A DNA stretch of 64,000 nt from Octopus sinensis (lineage: Eukaryota). The stretch lies in the NCBI RefSeq assembly GCF_006345805.1, contig NC_043019.1, positions 26,163,360 through 26,227,359 on the forward strand, read 5' to 3'. The position numbers were made by a program, and so were the translations under genes. The notes beneath the pieces were generated by a model, which ran no database searches, was not told the origin of the DNA, and worked only from the letters and a program-made list of their open reading frames with translations. This document shows, piece by piece, positions 61,701 through 64,000 of the stretch. Position 1 is the stretch's first letter; the number at the start of each line of letters is the position of its first letter.

Positions 61701-63995
61701 ACGCATACACACACGCACAATTCGATTTACCTGTAGCTCACTATCAACAGACTCGGCAGCAGTAACAGTTGATTCTGTGATGATATCTGATTGGTCTGCA
61801 GCTGCATCTTCCAATTCTAAAGTGCTAGAATTTTGCTGATTATCTCCTCCTAAAAGGGAACCAAAAAAGCCTATTTCACTATTACAGCCATTGAGAAAAA
61901 CCAAAAGACATTGGCACTGCCATATATCAAATGCAGAAAGCAGGTCAGAAATTCTAAATAAATATCAAAAGACAAGAGAACCAGTAATTCTCTAACATCA
62001 CAGGAAACAAAATAGTGTTGCCATTGCTTTTGAAATCAACTTTTACAATCGGTAAACAATTACCTTAACAAATACTTTTAAAAAAACATGCAAATTTACA
62101 GACATTGGTGCAGGAATATGACATAAACTTGCTGTCAACATCATCATCCACTTCATAATTTTACCATCTACTTTCCAAATGATTGTATGAATCAGTTGAA
62201 GCAGAGTTTTCTTTTTTCTTTTTTTTTTTTTTGTTATCCTATGGCCAGATGTCCTTTCTGACACCAAGCTTTGCCAGTTTCCAAGCAAGGCAAAGATTCC
62301 CTCCAGCCCCCATCTGTAGAATAATGAACAGCTTAAGACAAACAACCGTATTTGATGGGGGTTTTGTTTACAAAGATTTATATGACATACCAAGAAGCCT
62401 GGACATCCCTTCGCAGTAGACTGCGAGCAAAGGACACCGTCTATATGGACAGTGAAGTTATTGCTTTCAGTAAGTGAACACCTGTGAAGACGAGGGGAAA
62501 TATATACTCACTCTCTCTCTCTCACCTTTGACTGGTTTCAGTCACTTGACTGCAACCATGCTTTGAGCACCTTGAAGGGGTTTTAGTCAAGCAAATCAAC
62601 CCCAGTACATATTTTTTTAAGTGTGCTACTTATTCTATAGGTGTCTTTAGCCAAACCGTTAAGTGACAGGGATGTAAACAAATCCACACAAGTTGCCAAG
62701 CACTGGGGAGGCGAGGACACACACATGCAAAAAGAAGCATGCTGGGCATTGGTTTACCTAATTCACTAACAAGGCATTGGTCAACACAGGGCTGAAGTAG
62801 AAGACACTGGCCCAAGATGCCACACACTAAAACAATCTAGGGCCATGAGGTTGCAAAGCAAGCTTCTTAATAACAAGCTTCCTCCAGTCACCACTTTACA
62901 ATTTCACTCCAAAAGGTATTGATCAACCCAAACCTATATAAAGGAGACCACTCGACAACATCCATATGGTGGGACCAAACCCCCAAGCCACAGGAACTAA
63001 ATTTTTCCAATAAAAAACATTAAGCAGGATTGGACACGCCAAGCTAAGTAAAAATCGCTGTCTGCTACACATACAGGCTTATCCTTTCAGATGCCAGTGC
63101 CACATGAAAAGCACCTGTGCCAGTGTGACGTAAATGCACCCATGCCATTGGCACATAAAATGCCCCCACCACACTTAAGTGGTTGGTGCTAGGAAGGGCA
63201 TCCAGCAACAGAAACCATACTACAACAGACAGTTGGAGTCTGGACAGCACCCAGCTGGCCAGCTTCATGTCAAACCATCCAACCCATACCAGCATGTAAA
63301 ACAAATAAAACAGACATTAAACGATGATGATATACATAACACAAAAAGAATATATATATATATAAACTAAATATGTTGCAATTTTCACAATAAGGAATTC
63401 AAAAGAAAGTTGTATTCACATGCAAAGGTTACTACTTACCCTCCACATTGTTAGCAAGCGTTTCTACAAAGGAATTTACTTCTCGGCTAATTCCCTGGTT
63501 TTTAGATCTAGATTTAGTAGAAAGTGCCTGTGGCTGGTTCACAATTCTAGATAGTGTTTCCAAAGGTTTCAATGTGGCATTGATGGTAGATGCCATGTAC
63601 GGGCTGGAGAGGTCAAGGCTGTGCGGTACACGGGCAAGGTCATTCACTAAACCTCGTTTAATCAACGTTTTCACCACAACATTCATGAGGTTTTGCTGAC
63701 CTTTAAATACTTGATTTGGTACCTGACCAGGTGTAGGGCAAGATTCAATCATTGTGCTGATAATGCCTGTTAAGGCTTGAATACGAAAGTGTTTCTCGGA
63801 ACTTTCAGGAAGATTCAGAGCCCTCTGCAAGGCTGCTTTTACTTCAATAGCTAACTGGGTCTGAGCGTCAGGGCAATGATTGCATGAGGCAATGCTGGCA
63901 ATTAAAACCCTTGATAATGCTGGACAGTCACGGTCTCCAGATGTTTGGCAGGGAGGTAACAACTGGTCAAGAACAAATGCCAACATGTTGCAATT
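7734..63995 (-). CDS. HUWE1: HUWE1 (HECT, UBA and WWE domain E3 ubiquitin ligase), 3' portion: 32 exons, 2389 codons incl. stop; 5' part lies beyond window end
   Basis: Exon chain with matching phases at every junction; C-terminus ...[39 protein letters not shown] closely matches recalled human HUWE1; UBM repeats and HECT motifs present. Confidence 0.97.
7962..8341 (-). mobile_element. tRNA-derived SINE (family D) with (CCTTA)n tail in the last HUWE1 intron; related copies at about 43683-43965 and 51725-52045
   Basis: Minus-strand head TGGCCCAGTGGTTAGGG...GTTTCGATTCCC; body shared with the other copies. Confidence 0.75.
9625..9815 (-). CDS. HUWE1: HUWE1 HECT C-lobe exon ([13 protein letters not shown]...LPTAHT-C); catalytic Cys codon split TG|C
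   Basis: AG/GT boundaries, 191 nt, [13 protein letters not shown] motif. Confidence 0.96.
10020..10322 (+). mobile_element. Family B retroelement (RTE-type 3' tail ending (TGA)n); at least 15 copies in window incl. 338-535, 10681-11030, 19655-19975, 29632-29817, 30650-31115, 37010-37370, 38880-39195, 42982-43245, 45623-45870, 59338-59530, 63075-63335
   Basis: Shared core GGTTGGCGTTAGGAAGGGCATCCAGCTGTAGAAAC...CATGCTAGCATGGAAAACGGACGTTAAACGATGATGATG; same tail ends the RTE fragment at 19150-19335. Confidence 0.85.
12710..12944 (-). mobile_element. Full-length young family-A SINE
   Basis: Head to AAGAAATAGGTAT tail intact; about 20 nt from HUWE1 donor at 12966. Confidence 0.9.
12968..13267 (-). 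CDS. HUWE1: HUWE1 HECT exon ([16 protein letters not shown]...YQPNSLQ)
   Basis: ORF 12944..13282 trimmed to splice sites; 100 codons. Confidence 0.96.
14752..14857 (-). CDS. HUWE1: HUWE1 HECT exon ([35 protein letters not shown]), missed by the ORF track in this frame
   Basis: gacag acceptor, GAG|GTATTG donor; phase 2 in, 0 out. Confidence 0.94.
15527..15797 (-). CDS. HUWE1: HUWE1 HECT N-lobe exon ([14 protein letters not shown]...GQAVK)
   Basis: HECT GEEGxDAGG motif; AG/GT boundaries. Confidence 0.96.
16758..17033 (-). CDS. HUWE1: HUWE1 exon ([14 protein letters not shown]...FYIVFE)
   Basis: ORF 16747..17016; AG/GT boundaries; 276 nt. Confidence 0.95.
18196..18402 (-). CDS. HUWE1: HUWE1 exon (EKETKKNEQ...DTQKFLKFA)
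   Basis: ttaag acceptor, G|GTAAG donor; DTQKFLxFA motif. Confidence 0.92.
18448..19335 (+). mobile_element. RTE-clade LINE fragment (RT N-terminal half, frameshifted, internally deleted, with 3' tail)
   Basis: ORFs 18489..18929 (KAPGPSGI...NYRGIKLL) and 18851..19237 ([15 protein letters not shown]...[11 protein letters not shown]...[10 protein letters not shown]). Confidence 0.92.
20374..20565 (-). CDS. HUWE1: HUWE1 exon ([21 protein letters not shown]...[10 protein letters not shown])
   Basis: ORF 20345..20614 trimmed; conserved HUWE1 segment. Confidence 0.95.
21201..21431. mobile_element. piggyBac-like MITE (TTAA-CCCTTTAG...CTAAAGGG-TTAA), about 225 bp; at least 11 copies: about 1621, 15281-15505, 20648, 21201-21431, 32841, 34290, 41813, 43439, 50467-50677, 53379-53607, 56225-56449
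   Basis: TIRs and TTAA flanks read directly; shared internal sequence. Confidence 0.85.
22397..22696 (-). CDS. HUWE1: HUWE1 exon, Ser/Thr-rich linker ([12 protein letters not shown]...MDVDQA)
   Basis: tgtag acceptor, G|GTAGG donor; 300 nt; phases fit neighbours. Confidence 0.88.
23259..23452 (-). CDS. HUWE1: HUWE1 exon ([12 protein letters not shown]...[12 protein letters not shown]...KARAA)
   Basis: [12 protein letters not shown] motif as in recalled human HUWE1; AG/GT boundaries. Confidence 0.95.
23955..24343 (-). mobile_element. Family C SINE (head GGAGTGGCTGTGTGGTAAG, CORE-like ACCTTGGGCAAGTG, internal microsatellite), full length; others at 27662-28037 (-), 44077-44490 (+), about 62520-62870 (-), partials at 1950-2108, 25390-25548, 29425-29560
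   Basis: Direct identity among copies. Confidence 0.85.
24515..25380 (+). mobile_element. Mariner (D,D34D-type) transposon, internally deleted, 20-bp TIRs, TA TSD
   Basis: TIR TTGGGTCAGCCCATAAATAA / TTATTTATGGGATGACCCAA; HTH fragment ([12 protein letters not shown]...ARNINAVY) and HQDNAWPH...[19 protein letters not shown]. Confidence 0.93.
25660..26113 (+). mobile_element. CR1-clade LINE 3' end, 5'-truncated, (TAAC)n tail
   Basis: ORF 25679..26029 [25 protein letters not shown]...RGHSEKL...[13 protein letters not shown], typical of the CR1 ORF2 C-terminus. Confidence 0.9.
26171..26275 (-). CDS. HUWE1: HUWE1 exon ([12 protein letters not shown]...GYLTDR)
   Basis: ttacag acceptor, AG|GTGAGT donor; 105 nt, phase 2/2. 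Confidence 0.9.
28190..28347 (-). CDS. HUWE1: HUWE1 exon ([23 protein letters not shown]...DHIR)
   Basis: CSEEGLEDA motif; AG/GT boundaries. Confidence 0.95.
28821..29233. mobile_element. Non-autonomous DNA element (MITE), about 30-bp imperfect TIRs, AAACAT TSD
   Basis: GGGATCTTTTCCGTTTGAATGGCAGTTTTT ... AAAAACTGCCGTTCAGATCGAAAAGATCCC; AAACAT on both flanks. Confidence 0.88.
30417..30652 (+). mobile_element. RTE LINE fragment (post-RT region)
   Basis: ORF 30499..30720 [10 protein letters not shown]...[13 protein letters not shown]...LREKL. Confidence 0.8.
31434..31504 (-). CDS. HUWE1: HUWE1 71-nt exon ([23 protein letters not shown])
   Basis: gacag acceptor, AAG|GTAAC donor; ENQLQL motif; bridges phases 1 to 0. 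Confidence 0.9.
31658..32222. repeat. Purine-rich minisatellite (GAGAGAGAAAGTT / GAGAGAGAAAGGT units)
   Basis: Read directly; source of the spurious RERKV and LSLSH ORFs. Confidence 0.95.
34826..36106 (-). CDS. HUWE1: HUWE1 large exon, 1281 nt ([20 protein letters not shown]...FWDLLVRLD...LTDRLLRLL)
   Basis: ORF 34695..36092; ctacag acceptor, G|GTAAAA donor. Confidence 0.96.
36519..36810 (-). CDS. HUWE1: HUWE1 exon with third UBM ([21 protein letters not shown])
   Basis: ORF 36379..36819 trimmed; UBM pattern. Confidence 0.95.
38072..38277 (-). CDS. HUWE1: HUWE1 exon with UBM1/UBM2 ([21 protein letters not shown]...[17 protein letters not shown])
   Basis: Two UBM motifs; AG/GT boundaries. 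Confidence 0.96.
39238..39345. repeat. 24-bp tandem array AAAGGGTTAAAAAATGGGAAGTAA, about 4.5 units
   Basis: Units at 39238, 39262, 39286, 39310. Confidence 0.9.
39400..39551 (-). CDS. HUWE1: HUWE1 disordered-region exon ([11 protein letters not shown]...QEQG)
   Basis: ttcag acceptor, G|GTGAGG donor; phases fit. Confidence 0.85.
39699..39780 (-). CDS. HUWE1: HUWE1 82-nt exon ([26 protein letters not shown])
   Basis: ttacag acceptor, AA|GTAAGT donor; needed to keep frame. Confidence 0.85.
40966..41315 (-). CDS. HUWE1: HUWE1 disordered-region exon with poly-Thr ([13 protein letters not shown]...TTTTTTTTTTTAANT...GM)
   Basis: ctcag acceptor, G|GTAAGT donor; 350 nt. Confidence 0.87.
42578..42878 (-). 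CDS. HUWE1: HUWE1 disordered-region exon ([11 protein letters not shown]...PSLQTRL)
   Basis: tttag acceptor, CT|GTACGT donor; phase 1 in, 2 out. Confidence 0.85.
44622..44727 (-). CDS. HUWE1: HUWE1 exon ([17 protein letters not shown]...STPT)
   Basis: tttcag acceptor, G|GTGGGT donor; 106 nt. Confidence 0.85.
46027..46217 (-). CDS. HUWE1: HUWE1 exon ([26 protein letters not shown]...SNME), GC donor
   Basis: [11 protein letters not shown] motif; ends GAG|GCAAGT; 191 nt gives the required phase 0. Confidence 0.9.
46309..46498. mobile_element. Second TTAA-CCC MITE family (TTAACCCTTTCGTTAC...GTAACGAAAGG); related pieces at about 14925-15131, 33695-34010, 53618-53790
   Basis: TIRs and shared core AAAATCTTCCACCAAA. 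Confidence 0.7.
46640..46796 (+). repeat. Direct duplicate of 51044-51197 (differs only in poly-T length by eye)
   Basis: CTGCTAATAGATGCCC...GGTACCATTCC at both sites. Confidence 0.92.
47132..47255 (-). CDS. HUWE1: HUWE1 exon (DNYPDNS...[21 protein letters not shown])
   Basis: LTRWTEE motif; AG/GT boundaries. Confidence 0.94.
47437..47670 (+). mobile_element. Full-length young family-A SINE
   Basis: TSD GTATAAGTCTT at 47424-47434 and 47671-47681. Confidence 0.9.
48436..48577 (-). CDS. HUWE1: HUWE1 exon (LLGPDVLQL...DVFDELFQ)
   Basis: ttctag acceptor, CAG|GTATAG donor; continues ILQR|LLGP. Confidence 0.92.
49149..49379 (-). mobile_element. Full-length young family-A SINE
   Basis: TSD TTAAATACC at 49140-49148 and 49382-49390. 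Confidence 0.9.
49747..49980 (-). mobile_element. Full-length young family-A SINE
   Basis: TSD CATGTCAGAAATA at 49734-49746 and 49984-49996. Confidence 0.9.
50074..50287 (-). CDS. HUWE1: HUWE1 exon ([19 protein letters not shown]...[12 protein letters not shown])
   Basis: PTTHPLxVR and NRQPNxPxILQR motifs. Confidence 0.94.
52214..52303 (-). CDS. HUWE1: HUWE1 90-nt exon ([29 protein letters not shown])
   Basis: tttcag acceptor, G|GTAAGT donor; phase 1/1. Confidence 0.87.
53026..53152 (-). CDS. HUWE1: HUWE1 exon ([20 protein letters not shown]...DDVFST)
   Basis: ttccag acceptor, G|GTGTGT donor; phase 0 in, 1 out. Confidence 0.9.
53895..54021 (-). pseudogene. Duplicate of HUWE1 exon 53026-53152, probably a pseudo-exon (no AG acceptor at the equivalent position)
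   Basis: 4 mismatches to the functional copy; preceded by ccatttt instead of ttccag on the minus strand; donor retained. Confidence 0.8.
55285..55397 (-). CDS. HUWE1: HUWE1 acidic exon ([18 protein letters not shown]...EDEEDEDE)
   Basis: aatag acceptor, GAG|GTAACT donor; D/E-rich like the HUWE1 acidic region. Confidence 0.9.
57952..58098 (-). CDS. HUWE1: HUWE1 exon ([15 protein letters not shown]...DAENNE)
   Basis: tttcag acceptor, G|GTTAGT donor; phase 1/1. Confidence 0.88.
58321..58420 (-). CDS. HUWE1: HUWE1 exon ([16 protein letters not shown]...IIMET)
   Basis: ttcag acceptor, G|GTAAGT donor; LDxxxDELxxRD motif. Confidence 0.9.
59715..60225 (-). mobile_element. Tc1/mariner relic (DD37D/maT-like C-terminal half) with TA-CAGGGTG end
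   Basis: [19 protein letters not shown]...[16 protein letters not shown] within ORF 59953..60366. Confidence 0.82.
60226..60400 (+). mobile_element. RTE LINE C-terminal fragment
   Basis: Degenerate YGHVM...RKTxDEVMKHD...[10 protein letters not shown]. Confidence 0.7.
61731..61849 (-). CDS. HUWE1: HUWE1 exon ([11 protein letters not shown]...VDSELQ)
   Basis: tttag acceptor, CAG|GTAAAT donor; phases fit. Confidence 0.87.
63440..63995 (-). CDS. HUWE1: HUWE1 exon ([14 protein letters not shown]...[13 protein letters not shown]...[14 protein letters not shown]...NVE); the acceptor at 63996-63997 is tentative (window edge)
   Basis: ORF 63432..63986; strong match to recalled human [18 protein letters not shown]; G|GTAAGT donor. 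Confidence 0.94.
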
Positions 63996-64000
63996 CTGAA

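Noticed and set aside
7837-63439. Intronic let-7/miR-98 cluster, as hosted by vertebrate HUWE1
   Set aside because: No let-7 mature sequence seen on either strand by eye; the 5' introns are outside the window.

Overview
AT-rich, intron-rich animal genomic DNA. The repeat repertoire looks like that of an octopus (inference). Two genes lie tail-to-tail. On + are the last three coding exons of TRMU/mnmA (mitochondrial tRNA 2-thiouridylase; 1212-4917). On - is the 3' ~55% of HUWE1 (HECT E3 ligase): I traced 32 exons by hand from 63995 to the stop at 7734-7736. All splice phases match, giving 7167 nt = 2389 codons including the stop, with the acidic region, tower helix, three UBMs and a complete HECT domain. 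One intron is GC-AG. Introns are packed with at least four SINE-like families, piggyBac-like and other MITEs, RTE and CR1 LINE fragments, two Tc1/mariner relics and microsatellites. No prokaryotic features (CRISPR, operons) and no RNA gene I can support. Best leads: (1) a tail-less SINE whose insertion sites repeatedly share sequence with its own 3' end, so it nests in older copies of itself and beside a splice donor, building inverted repeats; (2) a 143-bp near-identical duplicate of a HUWE1 exon; (3) a templated-insertion scar flanked by a 15-bp direct repeat; (4) a candidate alternative terminal/poison exon of HUWE1; (5) a palindromic bidirectional poly(A) signal between the genes; (6) a perfect 45-bp fold-back hairpin. 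All coordinates were read by eye; repeat boundaries are approximate.
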